64,000 bases of DNA. Origin: Octopus vulgaris. Taxonomy: Eukaryota. The notes under the pieces are model-generated. The model made no database searches. It saw only the letters and a list, made by a program, of their open reading frames with translations, and had not been told where the DNA came from. The position numbers were made by a program, and so were the translations under genes. Of this stretch, positions 1-12,480 are shown piece after piece. The DNA lies in assembly GCA_951406725.2 (NCBI GenBank), contig OX597816.1:139314001-139378000 (forward strand), read 5' to 3'. Every line of letters starts with the position of its first letter. Position 1 is the first letter of the stretch.

Positions 1-256
1 TAATAATAATAATAGTAATAGTAATAATAATAATAATAATAATGATAATAATAATAATATGATATAAATTTTGACTCTATATCTTCAGGAGGAGTTACCT
101 CAATCCTTTCTATATTAGCCAAAATGAAGTAGATTGACAAATTTCTTTTTTGTGCCAGTTGAAGACACACAAGACGTCGAAATATCGTTCACTAGATAAC
201 AATGGCACTCTTCTTTTAATTTTGACTTCTTTTAATTTTGACTCTAATAATAATAA

Positions 257-306
<50 letters not shown>

Positions 307-308
307 AT
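1..308. repeat. (TAA)n and (TAG)n microsatellites flanking a short unique spacer
   Basis: Direct: TAA/TAG runs at 1-58 and 246-308. Confidence 0.95.
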
Positions 309-309
309 A

Positions 310-470
310 ATCACATCAACTCCTGTACTCAACTGGTACTTATTTCATCGAACCCTCAAATATGAATGGCAATGTCGTCCTTGGCGGAATTTGAACTCAG
401 AACGTAAGGACGGATGAAATATCACCAAGCATTTCGCCCAGCATGTTAACGATTCTGCCACCTTACCACC
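310..470 (-). mobile_element. SINE family A, partial copy
   Basis: Matches other copies (ggcggaatttgaactcagaacgt, aactggtactta). The reverse strand carries tRNA-like box A (TGGCAGAA) and box B (GAGTTCAAAT). Confidence 0.8.
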
Positions 471-502
471 ACCACCACCACCACCACCACCACCACCACA
501 CC

Positions 503-541
<39 letters not shown>

Positions 542-547
542 AATAAT

Positions 548-762
548 CCTTTCTACTAGAAGGCCTAAACTTTGTGTGTTGGGGTGGGGGTGAATTAGTC
601 GATTACATCGATACCAGTGTTTTACTGGTACTTGATTTATCGACCCCGAAAGAATGAAAAGATAAAGTCGAACCCGGCGGAATTTGCGCAGAACATGAAG
701 ACGGGCGAAATGACGCTAAGCATTTTGCCTGACGTACTAAAGATTCTGCCACTTCTCCACCT
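548..762 (-). mobile_element. SINE family A, near full length (type-2 tail)
   Basis: agtcgattacatcga, actggtacttgatttatcgaccccgaaag and ggcggaattt motifs shared with 2281-2673 and 18825-19030. Confidence 0.85.
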
Positions 763-1143
763 TATGTATTTTATTTAACGTTGAAGAAAATAATAATAAT
801 AATAAATTTTGTAAAATAAGTGTCATTTTTAAGCCTCTGGGCAGAACATAAATCTGCATGAAATTTCTGTTGGAAACTCTTAGTGTTTTCCCTTTAAAAC
901 AGGAAGTCTGTATCATAGAACAAAAGGCGGTCTCAGGTTGATTATCATCGAAACGGTTACGTGAACCCCAGTGTTTGACTGGTAGTTTCCTCGACTGTAA
1001 GAGGATGAATGAGATAGAGTGTTTTATGAAACTAATCCATTACAATACCGTAAAAAGAAGGATAGGCGGAAGCAATCAATATTGACAGGAAACATAACAT
1101 GCCGACGATGATTGCGAAAACTAAAGCAGCAACAAGAGCAAAA

Positions 1144-1532
<389 letters not shown>

Positions 1533-1922
1533 TGCTGACAGAGAAAACGATTGAAAGAGCGAGTGAAAGAGCGAAGTCGTCTTAAAGACAAGGCTGTGAT
1601 GGAACTATAAAGATAGTCGGGGAAAATGGTGAAAATGGTGGGTGGAATAATATACAGCATTTAACTGGCATTAATTCAATGTGAAATCATGAAACTAATT
1701 ATAGTAACTGATGCAGTGCGCTGGCTTTATAGAGAAGATGCCAAGATGTCTGTTGTCTGTCAGTATCTGACATGTTCATGCGACAATACCTGCAGGAGTT
1801 ATTAACTGAATATTGTTGAACAAGTTGCTCACATGTCAACAGGACAATTCTATTGATACAGCTTCTAAACATTCGATTAGCAAATCATTTAGATTTCTCA
1901 TTGACTTGTGACGTTCTACACG

Positions 1923-2082
1923 CTGTTGTTGTTGTTGTTGTTGTTGTTGGTGGTGGTGGTATTGTTGTTGTTGTTGTTGTTGATAAATTTGTAGTAATGG
2001 CGTTTTTCTTCCTTGCTGTGGTAGCTGTTGCTGTTGCTGCTGCAGCATTATTATTATTATTATTAGTAGTAGTAGTAGTAGC

Positions 2083-2125
<43 letters not shown>

Positions 2126-2199
2126 ACAGTGGTGGTGGTAATGGTAGTAGTAACAGCAACAAAGCTGCCGTAACAGCAGCAGCAGTAGTAGTCGTCGTC

Positions 2200-2235
<36 letters not shown>

Positions 2236-2255
2236 TTATTGTTGTTGCTGCTGTA
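1923..2255. repeat. Compound (GTT)/(GTA)/(GCA)/(TTA) trinucleotide arrays
   Basis: Direct inspection. Confidence 0.95.
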
Positions 2256-2280
2256 GTTAGCATTCCTATTAAGTGTGTTT

Positions 2281-2673
2281 CTTATTATTTCTTTATTGCC
2301 CACAAGGGGCTAAATACAGAGAGGACAAACAAGGACAGACAAAGGGATTAAGTCGATTACATCGACCCCAGTGCGTAACTGGTACTTAATTTATCGACCT
2401 CGAAAGGATGAAAGGCTAAGTCGACCTCGGCGGAATTTGAACTCAGAACGTAACGGCAGATAAAATACCTATTTCCTTACTACCCACAAGGGGCTAAACA
2501 CAGAGAGGACAAACAAGGACAGACAAACGGATTAAGTCGAGTATATCGACCCTAGTGCGTAACTGGTACTTATTTAATCGACCCCGAAAGGAATTTGAAC
2601 TCAGAACGTAGCGGCAAACGAAATACCGCGAAGCATTTCGCCCGGTGTGCTAACGGTTCTGCCAGCTCGCCGC
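2281..2673 (-). mobile_element. SINE family A, tandem pair (type-1 tail)
   Basis: Two copies of cccacaaggggctaaa...aagtcga...ccccgaaagg, with the head ending gccagctcgccgcc. A possible degenerate 17-bp TSD: ttcctattaagtgtgtt / ttcctgttaggagtgtt. Confidence 0.9.
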
Positions 2674-3127
2674 CTTCCTGTTAGGAGTGTTAGTGACGTG
2701 TGGTTTCGTCGTTTTTGCTGTGGCGACTCCTTATAGACTCCTAACAATTAACACTTGTTGTTATTGCTGCTTTTATGGCGTTAGTAATTTTCGTTGCAGT
2801 TGTTAGTATGATTGCTTGTCGTTGAAGTCCTTTAGAATAGGCGAAATAGTTAACAAGTTCGCTTCGCAATCACGAAGAACCAAGTTCAATTCCATTGGCA
2901 GGCATGTTGGAGAGATGATTTTTTTTTTAACAATGGCCTTGGTTCACTCCTAGGTTTCATGTGTAGAAATGGGTAGACGGAAACGGTGTGGAAGCTCGTC
3001 AGTGGGATGGTATCTGAAAATCTACCAACCACGTTGTTTCCGTTTAAGGATACACACATCTATGGAGTACTCGGCCACATACCAGCAATTGCAATTGCAG
3101 GTGATTCAATTAATCAAAGAACATATA

Positions 3128-3342
3128 TTGAGTTGTTCGGAAAGTTTGTGCCGATTTATAGTAGCTTACCTTTCGACTTACCCTCCCAGGCACCTCAATT
3201 CTGGCAAGAGGGTATTTTCAAGTTAAAGGAAAGATTGTGCAACAAAATGGTTTATATTTGGTTGATTAAAAATGTAATGGCAAGTATTTATTGGTCTTTT
3301 TCTTTCCTTTAAAAATCGGCACGAACTTTCCGGACAACACAA
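3128..3342 (+). mobile_element. Non-autonomous mariner deletion derivative
   Basis: TIRs ttgagttgttcggaaagtttgtgccgattt / aaatcggcacgaactttccggacaacacaa, TA flanks, and a transposase C-terminal remnant (PQFWQEGIFKLKER). Same family as 11189-11755. Confidence 0.85.
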
Positions 3343-3499
3343 TATATCGCCGAAAACGACAGCCGTCTATTTTCTAACAACCGATATCTTTGTTCTGATT
3401 GCTTTTGGTGTCGTTATTGGTCATGTTATTCCTTTTATTGTTGCAGTGGTTCTTATGGCCGTTGCTTATTGATAACCGTTGCTGTTGGTTACATTTTCT

Positions 3500-4307
3500 T
3501 ATTCCTTTACTTGTTTTGGTCATTTTACTGCGGCCATGCTGGAGCACCACATTGAAGGGTTTTAGTCAAAAGAAATCGACCCCAGGACGTATTTTTTTAA
3601 AAGCCTGTTACTTATTCTATCGGTCCGTTTTGCCGAACCGTTAGGTTACGGGGATATAAACTTACCAGCACCAGTTGTCAATTGCTGATGGAGGTGGGGG
3701 TTACAAGCACAAAGACACACACAAATATATTCGTTTATATATATACTAGCAGTATCGCCCGGCGTTGCTCGGGTTTGTAAGGGAAATAACTATATAAGCA
3801 TTTTTAGAGAGTTATAGCCAAAAAATAGCAAAAAATGCATTAAAAATGGAAAACAAATGATGGTAAATTTTTTTTTAATCGTTGACTCATCGTAGACATT
3901 TTTAGAGAGTTACTTCCCTTATATAATAGCGAAAAAATGCATTAAAATGGAAAAAAATGATGGTAAATTTTTTTTTAAATCGTAGACTCATCGTAGACGC
4001 GCGCTAATACCCAGAAGGGCTCGATATGAATCACGACTATTAGATACCCGGTTTTGGTTAAACTGCACCGCAAAATTTGGGAGTAGTTAGGAATCTAAAT
4101 CGTAGGAGACAGACACACAACTTCTCTTTTATATAAAAAGATATACACACATATACAATGGGATTCTTTCAATTTCCAAATCTACTCATAAGGCTTTGGT
4201 CGGCTATTGTAGAAGGCACATACCCAAGGTGCCATGCAGTGGGACTGAACCTGGGGCCATGTGGTTGGGAAGCAAGCTTCTTACCACACAGCCACGCCTG
4301 CGCCCAT
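3500..4307 (-). mobile_element. SINE family B (tRNA head, CORE-like domain, LINE-type tail) interrupted by a Helitron
   Basis: Tail gcggccatgctggagcacc at about 3530. Head cccaaggtgccatgcagtgggactgaacc...ccacacagccac at 4220-4305. Confidence 0.85.
3746..4141 (-). mobile_element. Non-autonomous Helitron
   Basis: On the minus strand: 5' TC start, 3' hairpin CCCGAGCAACGCCGGG about 10 nt before the terminal CTAG, inserted between A and T with no TSD. Contains an internal ~100-bp tandem duplication. Confidence 0.8.
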
Positions 4308-4547
4308 AGACAAATATTTCTGAATAATATAATATAGTATCGGGTGTTTCATAATGGTGGGACCTATTCTAAACGCAAGTAAGGGCTGGGACATTATATG
4401 TATTACATATATAGAGGATGCTGCGATTTTAATTTATGTTTCTATATATTTTTGTTTTTACATTTGTGCTACTCTTATGCTGACTCATACACATGCATAT
4501 TCGCAAATATATTTATACACTCAGTGTGCCACCCATACATCTGAAAT

Positions 4548-5270
4548 AAGAGGAATGTGGTTTAGTTGTCAGGGAGTTGTTTTCACGATTACAAGATCGT
4601 GGTTTCGATTTTCGAATTAGCAATGAGCTGTGTTCCTGAGCAAAACATTTCATTTCACATTGCTCCAGTTCACTCACCGTAAAACTCTGCGACGGATTGG
4701 CGATCTGTTTAAGGGGGATGGGATCTTTTCGGTTTGAACGGCAGTTTTAGGTAACTAAAAAATTTTGAACTTCGTATACTGGTAGAATGTGTTTATAAAA
4801 CATTTTTTTCCCTTGACTTTATTGAGAAAATTCTATGGTTTGTAAGATATTTGTTGTTTTTTTTCTTCAATTTCTGCAATTTCAACCAATCAATTACGTC
4901 TATTGAGGTAAAAAAAACATTCTGTGCCGTATGAATATGTCCCACGTTTAAGAAACAGATTGGGTTTATTTACATTTGGGAAGAAAATAAGATACCCTTC
5001 CCCCCACCCCTAACCCTAACCCTAAACCCAACCCTAAACTAACCCTAACCCTAAAACAGATAGAAATGCAATAGATCGATACTAGGGTCATAATTATGGG
5101 TGACAATTTCATATGACACCGCTAGAAAAAACTGCCGTTCAAACCGAAAAGATCCGGGGGATGATGGCCACCCACCCAACCAGCATGGTGGCATCATTCG
5201 AACGTCACAGTGATGCGAGGGAGCGCATTGTGACAAGCGGTGTATAACAACATATAATGGTCTGATAGAT
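4548..5270 (+). mobile_element. SINE family C, degenerate, split by the GGATC MITE
   Basis: gtggtttcgatt...tgtgttcctgagcaaaacatttcatttcacattgctccagt matches 48856-49110. The 3' part (5165-5270) resembles the reverse complement of 55330-55432. Confidence 0.65.
4721..5155. mobile_element. MITE with GGATC termini, 8-bp TSD and internal (CCCTAA)n (possibly Merlin-like)
   Basis: TIR GGATCTTTTCGGTTTGAACGGCAGTTTT with an exact inverse at 5128-5155. TSD GGGGGATG at 4713-4720 and 5156-5163. Telomere-type hexamers at about 5008-5054. Confidence 0.9.
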
Positions 5271-6118
5271 ACGTTTATACAGTGATGTGCTTGTGTGTCT
5301 TTGTTTGCTTATTTGAAAAGCCCTTTGATTCGAGATCGTGTGTTGAAACGGAAACGCATTATTTCAGCCATTTCAGAACTCACAAAGATCTGTTATATTC
5401 ATTTCCTGATTCGTTTATAAAAGCAGAGAGTATTATATCAAAATATTTCGTCGTACTTCTGAGATCTGGTCACTGACACTATTTCACTGCGTCTGTTGAA
5501 AAAAGAAAATCTGTTACTGGCGTGATTTTATATCTCCTGGGAGGGCGTTCATTTCTTTCGATCGACTTCCATTCTTTTTCTCCCATTCTCTCTCACTCCA
5601 TCTTTCACTCTTCTTGTTTTCTTTTTTTTGTTCTTACAAAATTCAAATTTCCACATTTTTGTTTAATATATTTTATACTGGTTAATTTCTTTCTTTTCTT
5701 TTTTCTCTCTCTCTTTTAAAATTATTTTGCTGCTGTTGAACTTTGAACATTTGTGTCGACTGTATTATTGTCGTTTTAACTTTTGACATGTGGTTCTTTA
5801 GTCAGTATCAGATTCAAGTCCTCTGTTTTTCACTCTATAACTTGCAATGTATATTCAACTCATTCTCGTTATTCCTTCTTTATCCGTAAATACTACTTGT
5901 TTTTTCCTGTTGGCGCCTGCTCTGAACGTTTGGAGATGTCATTCTCTTTGTATACAAATTGCTCGCAATTACGATTGTAATAACTACTCATAGTACATGT
6001 CTGTTAACATTATATTCTTTCTAAATTGATGTAGTTGACCGATATGATGAAATAAAAGTAAAATAAATAACTAGATCAAGTAAAGTATAATACAAAAAAT
6101 AAAATTACAAATATACTT

Positions 6119-6250
6119 ATCTCTATAGATATAAAATTGAGAATGTGTGCCTGTCTGTGTGTTTCCCTAAAACTTGAGAAATACACAACCAAATTCATTC
6201 AAATTTTATACATGCCTTACTTAAGGTCCGGTGAGTGTCATCGGCAAAAA
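6119..6250 (+). mobile_element. Probable Helitron 5' end fragment
   Basis: a/tctctatagatataaaattgagaatgtgtgcctgtctgtg resembles the 5' end of 3746-4141. No 3' hairpin-CTAG was found. Confidence 0.45.
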
Positions 6251-6847
6251 ATTTTAACTTTTTCCCTAGGGCGACCCCACAGCAATATCATATCTTCTCC
6301 ACTATTTCAGTATTACGTGTCAAAAGTGAAACAAAAACATCTCTCTGTTGTAATGCAGACATTCACTTTAATACTGGAACTATTAAAGTGCAAGTATTAT
6401 ATAACAGGGATGAACCATTAACAGTGGTCATCCATTTTGCTAGAAGAAGATCCGCTATGGTCTTATATGCCACACCACTTGTTTTCAATTCATATTAATC
6501 AAATTAATATTCAATTTTTCACCCTTATTATGTGTGTGTGTGTGTATTAGCAATTCGTATAAATTGCATCAGTGACTTGAACTTGAATAAGTGGTTTCAC
6601 ATAAATGGGAATAAGTTAAAAAGGTTTGCTGTTATTATTATTACTGTTTGTCTTTTGTAATCACATTTGTAGATGTATTTCTATAGATATACATGTATAT
6701 GTAAACATGTATGTCTAGATGTATATATAGATGTACATGTAATATGTACACATATATATATACACATATATACATGCATACATATATACACCCATACACA
6801 CATACCGATACACCCACTCACCAACACACACAAACACACACATACAC

Positions 6848-6960
6848 AGGTGCAGGTGTGACCGTGTGGTAACAAACTTGGTTCCAAAACACTTGGTCCT
6901 CAGTTCAGTCCCACTGTGTAGTAACTTGGCATGTGTCTTCTGCTATAGCATCAAACCAGC
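6848..6960 (+). mobile_element. SINE family B head fragment
   Basis: aggtgcaggtgtgaccgtgtggtaa...gttcagtcccactg...tgtcttctgctatagc. Confidence 0.7.
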
Positions 6961-7790
6961 CAGAGATCGCTCTGGGTGCCATAGGGGCGACTGTACACAG
7001 CTACCGGCCCACAGTCGACGCTATGGCATTAGTGTCACTATTACACACGGATTGGGTTGGGAGAATTTCCATTATATATTGGGAACTATAGCGCGAAGGC
7101 AGCATAAAAAAAGCAACCCTTCCTGAATTGTTGGCAGATTTACCTACTCCGCTTTGCGAGCAGTGGAACAAGATGCGTCTTCGTCAAAGCAATTGCTCCT
7201 CCAAAGCAAATTAAATAAAATTTGAGATACGTCGAACGTCAAAGCTGCTAACAAAAACAGGACAGTGAAAACATTCGGTAAGGGCTGTTTAACCCTAACG
7301 AGGTGAAGTGGTGAACGCTGAAGAAAAAAAGCTTTGTCAAGAGACCGACAAGAATGCGTATTATAGTTATAAATTGAACGAGAAGAAAAAGAATTACATT
7401 TAGAAATAGAGATTTAAAATTATTGAGGACAGAATTTGATTTAGAAATAGAGAACTATAAATATTGTATTATGCATAAAGTGGTGGCTTACATTCGAGGC
7501 TTCCAATTTCTCTGTAAAATATAAGATAGTCGCAAAATCATCGCACATGTCACCATCGATTACAAACACCGGTGGAAGATAAAAGTTCCAGAGAACATTT
7601 TTGTTCTTTCGTTTGTACAAGGATCGTATTATGTTTCGGCTTAAAATAAATTATAGATACAAATATAATGAATAGAAATATATAAAAGCCAGAATAGAAA
7701 ATAAGCGTCTTAGGCATATAAAATGAGATAACACGAGATATCAAGGTGTTATAAACTTGAAACCTACTAGAATATCATAGATTATATATA

Positions 7791-10226
7791 TCAAGTCATC
7801 CAATCAGTTTTGTCCAATTTTACCTCTTTTTAGATTTGAATGAAATTTAATAGTATTTTCAAATGTCTAATTCAATTATTTTTATGCATTTGTGTACGTT
7901 TAAACTAATTCAATATTGTTTTACAAAATAATAGAGGGTGTCCACAAAGTCTGTGTACATGGGAATTAACACATACTTTTAAAACAAACCAATTTTATTT
8001 AATTATAATGTTAATAAATAGTATTTTCAAAGTGATATCCATCATTTTTCAATGCATAACTTGATGCACCTTGCAAAATTCAGGTGAACTTGATTAAATA
8101 AGTCTATATTGCCATCATTTTCAGCACACTGACTGGTAATGCGTTCTCTCATGTGTTTTAAATCTGTAATCTTTATTGTAATCTTTCTCTTTCAACATAC
8201 CACAGAAAAAGAAATCAAGGGAAAAAAGGTCTGGTGAACGAGGGGACCTTTCCATATGAGCCCTTCTTCTAATCCAGTGAGGAAAAGTGTCATTAAGCCC
8301 ATCCTGCTGAAGCCAATTCGGAAGTCCCCCGCCTAAGCGCTCAATTTGAGATATTAATTTGTCTCTCAATATGTTTACATAAGTCTCATCCGTTACATAT
8401 TCAATGAAGAAGGGTCCTAGAACATGAGCTTTCCACAAACCACACCACACCATCACCTTTTTGCTGCCTTGCTGTTTGGATGGATCCATCCAATGTGGAT
8501 TACCTCGAGACCAGTATAGAAGATTCTGTCTGTTGACCTCACCATTTACATAACACAAAGTTTTTCGTAAAATTGATATTTCATCCAATTTATCTGAAAA
8601 TCATTCGCACGTCTACATTCGTCTATCAGGGTCGTCTTTATTTAAGTGATGCAATATCTGTAGGTTGTATCGATGAAACTTTTCCTCAACCAGCATTTTG
8701 TGGATGGTTGGTTTTGGAACACTTAACACCGTGGATGTCCGACGAAGTGATTTCTTTGGGCTAGCAGAAACTTTAGCCATGACAGCCTCTTTCGTTTCAT
8801 CTTAAGTCTTTGGTCGCCCAGAACGGGGTTTATCCAAAACACTGCCTCTCTCTTTAAATTTCTTGATCAATTTCCCGACGGCAGTAAAAAAAATAGGTTA
8901 CCTATAAGGGTGTCGAAGACTAAATTCTTCCGCAATTTTGCGATAAGACCATCCCTCTCGTCCACTTAATAGTACTAACTCGATTCTTTCTTCTTTAGAC
9001 AGATCCATCATGCGATATGGGATTCTTTCTTCTTTAGACAGAGCCATCATTCGATCATCTGTAGAAAAAATAACAAATAAATTTAGAAAAGTAAAGTATT
9101 TTTTAAATTTAATTTAAACAAAAGTAAAAAAGGAAATTATTTCTTATATTTGTTTATGTTATGATTTTATTCCATGTACCCAGACTTCGTGGACACCCTA
9201 AAATTGCTTTGATTAAAACCCTTTCAACATGGAAATATCCAAGGAACATTTAAGGCACATATAATTCTTTATGAGTACAATAAAGGTAACTCTGCAGCCG
9301 AAGTGACTCGAAACATACACTCAGTTTATGGGAAAGTGCTTGAATGAAATAACTTGCAGGAGATCGTTTGCAAAATTGAAGATGAAGATCGAATAGGATG
9401 TCCAGTTGAGTTTGATGATAAGCTCCTTGAGGTATTACTTGAAGAAAATCCGTCATTATCAGTTGAAGTATTGGCAATAAAGCTTACTTCAAACCATACA
9501 ACAGTTCATCGTCATCTTCAACAACGTGGAAAGATTCCTAAACTTGGAAAATAGGTGCCTCATGTATTATCCGAAAGCAACCGCAAATCCCGAGTTGACA
9601 TCTGCTCTTCTCTCCATTCTCGCAAACTCATTTCACCCTTTTTCGATAGAATTGTGACGAAAAATGGATTTTCTATCGAAATGTTAAACTTCGTAAACTG
9701 TTACGATTGCAAAGACGTAATTCACTTTATATTGTTACCACCTAATGCAACAATCAATGCGCACGTCTACTGTCAGCAATTAGTGTGTTTGAACCAAGCT
9801 TTGAAGGAAAAAAGAGCCGCTTTAGTGAGTCGAAAACGAGTGATGTTTCATCAGGACAATGCGCAACCCCACACTGCAAAGATCACATCACAGAAGATAG
9901 AAGAGGTCGGTTTGGAAAAATTTCTTCATCCAACTTATTCTCCCGACCTTACTCCTTCAGGATACCATTTGTTTCATAGTTTACAGAATTATTAGGGGGA
10001 CACAACTTTCGCAAGCCAGGAGGAGGTCGAACCTGACATTTCAGAGTTCTTCGCTTTGAAACCAAAAGAGTTTTACATTGATGGGATTAAAAAGCTTGTA
10101 AATAGATGGAAGTAAGTCATAGATAATCAGGGAAAGTACATTGATGATTAACTTTCAATTAAATATAACATTTGATCACTTGGATTCTTTATCCAAAATT
10201 CGGACAGAACTTATGGGATGACCTGA
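7791..10226 (+). mobile_element. Decayed mariner (DD34D-type) transposon containing a nested element
   Basis: TIRs tcaagtcatccaatcagttttgtccaatttt / aaaattcggacagaacttatgggatgacctga. The transposase remnant (about 9229-10150) has HTH, (W)VPHVL, FHQDNAQPH and YSPDLTPSGYHLF motifs, with stops and frameshifts. Confidence 0.9.
7934..9201 (-). mobile_element. Decayed Tc1/mariner-superfamily element (rosa/DD41D-like) nested in the mariner
   Basis: TIRs agggtgtccacaaagtctgtgtacatgg / ccatgtacccagacttcgtggacaccct. Minus-strand motifs SGRPKT, KVMVWCGL, LGPFF, WLQQDG and RSPDLFSLDFFF. Confidence 0.85.
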
Positions 10227-10945
10227 AAATATATTTAAGACCGACGATAATAGTTCTATTTCTTACAAAATATTTTGTTACTAACACCATACAAATTATT
10301 TAAATCTTTTACACCTTATGCAAAATTTATTTCTCTTTCGAATGATGCAAACAATTTTTATACAACTGGAAGAATTCTAATGCTAAATTAATATATATTT
10401 ATTTACTGCCCACAAGGGGCTAAACATAGAGGGGACAAACAAGGACAGACAAACGGATTAAGTCGATTACATCGAACCCAGTGCGTAACTGGTACTTAAT
10501 TTATCGACCCCGAAAGGATGAAAGGCAAAGTCGACCTCGGAGGAATTTGAACTCAGAACCTAATATAAACGTTTCAAATTTACCGGCAAATTCAGTTTAA
10601 GACCATGTAATATGTATGCAATTTTTTGGTTAAAATGGGTGGTCACACAACGAGTCTAAATGCACCATATAAAGTTATAATTTAATGCTATTATACAATT
10701 TATTAATAATGGGAAAACAACGTAGCTTTAGTCCAATCACGAGAGCAAAATTCGTATATTACAACAAAAAGTTTCCTTTTCGAACATCAGCAAGCAACTA
10801 AAGTGCAGTAAACCGGCTTGCGTGCAAGCGTGGAAGTTATACTCGGAGACTGGTCAATATAAAAATCGGCAAAGGACTAGTAACAATATTTTGCAAGAAA
10901 TAGAACTTTTATCATCGGTCTTAAATTTATTTTCGCCAGTGTGTA
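10227..10945 (+). mobile_element. Internally deleted Tc1-like element
   Basis: Inverted ends tttaagaccgacgataatagttctatttc / gaaatagaacttttatcatcggtcttaaa...cagtgtgta. N-terminal HTH remnant MGKQRSFSPITRAK...ISKQLKCSKPACVQAWKLYSETGQYKNRQR at about 10709-10880. Confidence 0.7.
10398..10559 (-). mobile_element. SINE family A, 5'-truncated (type-1 tail)
   Basis: Near-identical to 2281-2460. Confidence 0.9.
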
Positions 10946-11188
10946 TATTATATATATATAATGTATATAATACGAGAATTTTAATGGAGATAACCTGCAG
11001 TATATAGTACAACATTTTTGTCTCCGTATCTGAGCTAAGTATTAATAAAATGTGGTATACGATAAAAATTTCGGATATTTGTCTTAAAACATTCAGACAA
11101 GAAAATTCAGATGTAGCACATGAGGTATTATTCCATACGAATATACACATATTTATGTTAAGAGTTTCATGATAAAAATATAGAAATA

Positions 11189-11755
11189 CTGGGTTGTACG
11201 GAAAGTTCGTGCCGATTTATAGTAGCTTATCTTTCGACTTATTTTAGAACATGTTTGAGTTCATAAAATAAGATTTGACTACACCTCCATTTAGAGCACA
11301 GTTTAAGCTATCTTATCGTGGAAGAAGGTTTATGTTCCTATAACCTGTGTTAATTCTGTAACCCTTTAAAATAAAAGATGAGAAAGTTCATTTTCGGCAC
11401 TTGATGCTTTGGGAACCAGACAAAAGTTGCTGCAGCTCGGCTGGGATGTGCTACCCCCCACCCTCCCTATTCCCCAGATATTGCTCCTTCGGATTTCCAC
11501 TTATTCAGGTCTCTGCAGAAAAGTCTTAATGGTAAAAATTTCAATTCCTTAGATGACGTAAAAAGATACCTTGACGAATTCTTTGTCTTGAAACCACCCC
11601 AATTCTGAGAAGAGGGTATTTTCAAGGTAAAGGAAAGATGGAGACGTATTGTGCAACGAAATGGTTCAGATTTGGTTCATTAGAAATGTAATGGCAAGTA
11701 TTTAGTGACCTTTACTTTCCTTTAAAAATCGGAACTAACTTTCCGGACAACCCAA
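11189..11755 (+). mobile_element. Internally deleted mariner
   Basis: TIRs ctgggttgtacggaaagttcgtgccgattt / aaatcggaactaactttccggacaacccaa. C-terminal remnant LGWDVL..PPYSPDIAPSDFHLFRSL. Confidence 0.9.
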
Positions 11756-11759
11756 TATA

Positions 11760-12358
11760 AACATAACAATGAAATACGAATATAAACATGAAAAATAAAA
11801 ACCTAAATTGAAAGAGGCGATTAAAATTTTTTTCCTAACCTGCAGCCGTTTCAGAAAAGTGGTTGTACGAAGTATTCGAAATTCAGCCCTCCTTCCTCAG
11901 GGTTCCTTTCTCGAGGTAAAATCCAGCAAAAAACATTAAGGCACTACATGGTGAGTATTCAGTTGGGGAAAGTTCAGTTTTTGAGTATCGATGAATAAGA
12001 GACAGATTTTCAAGAAGATTACCACGTTTAAATAAGAAATGAAATTCATTGAAAGGTTAACTTTAGTTCATCATGCAAATAATAGCCAATGGGAATATTC
12101 CACTCTCTACTATAAAAAAATAATTTATAAGTGTTCATTGGATCTAATCATCTAATTGGACCGTATTTTCAAAAAGCTTATATATTCTAAAAAATTATAT
12201 TTTAAAGTTTAAGAAAATTATAAGACGCTAAATATTTATGCTTACAAATACTAAAATGTCTGTAATTTTTTATATAGGGGTGAATAAATGAATTCTTGTG
12301 TCCCCTATATCTAATTTTAAAATTAGTAGTACTCCCTATATAAATTTTCCTAAGTCCG
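11760..12358 (-). mobile_element. Penelope-like element 3' remnant (GIY-YIG endonuclease plus hammerhead motif)
   Basis: Manual minus-strand translation of 12281-12357 gives GLRKIYIGSTTNFKIRYRGHKNSFI (YIG..R...H pattern). A hammerhead motif lies downstream on the same strand. Confidence 0.75.
11837..11904 (-). ncRNA. Degenerate minimal hammerhead ribozyme motif
   Basis: AACC-CTGAGGA-AGGAGGG..CTTTTCT-GAAAC-GGCT-GCA-GGTT: helix I, core and helix II are present, but the cleavage triplet is mutated (GCA). Confidence 0.6.
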
Positions 12359-12480
12359 GAGCGTTAAACTAATAAATCTGCTTGCTGTTTACACACCCGT
12401 CTTCGTCTTTTGTTTGTTTCTTTTGTTCGTTTCTTTTGTAAATTCCAAATATATATGTATGTATGTGTGTGTATGCATAT

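Noticed and set aside
2281-2673. CRISPR-like repeat-spacer array
   Set aside because: It is a tandem SINE pair in eukaryotic DNA, with no regular spacers and no cas genes.
5008-5054. Chromosome end or fusion scar
   Set aside because: The repeats are short, degenerate and enclosed within a TIR/TSD-bounded element.
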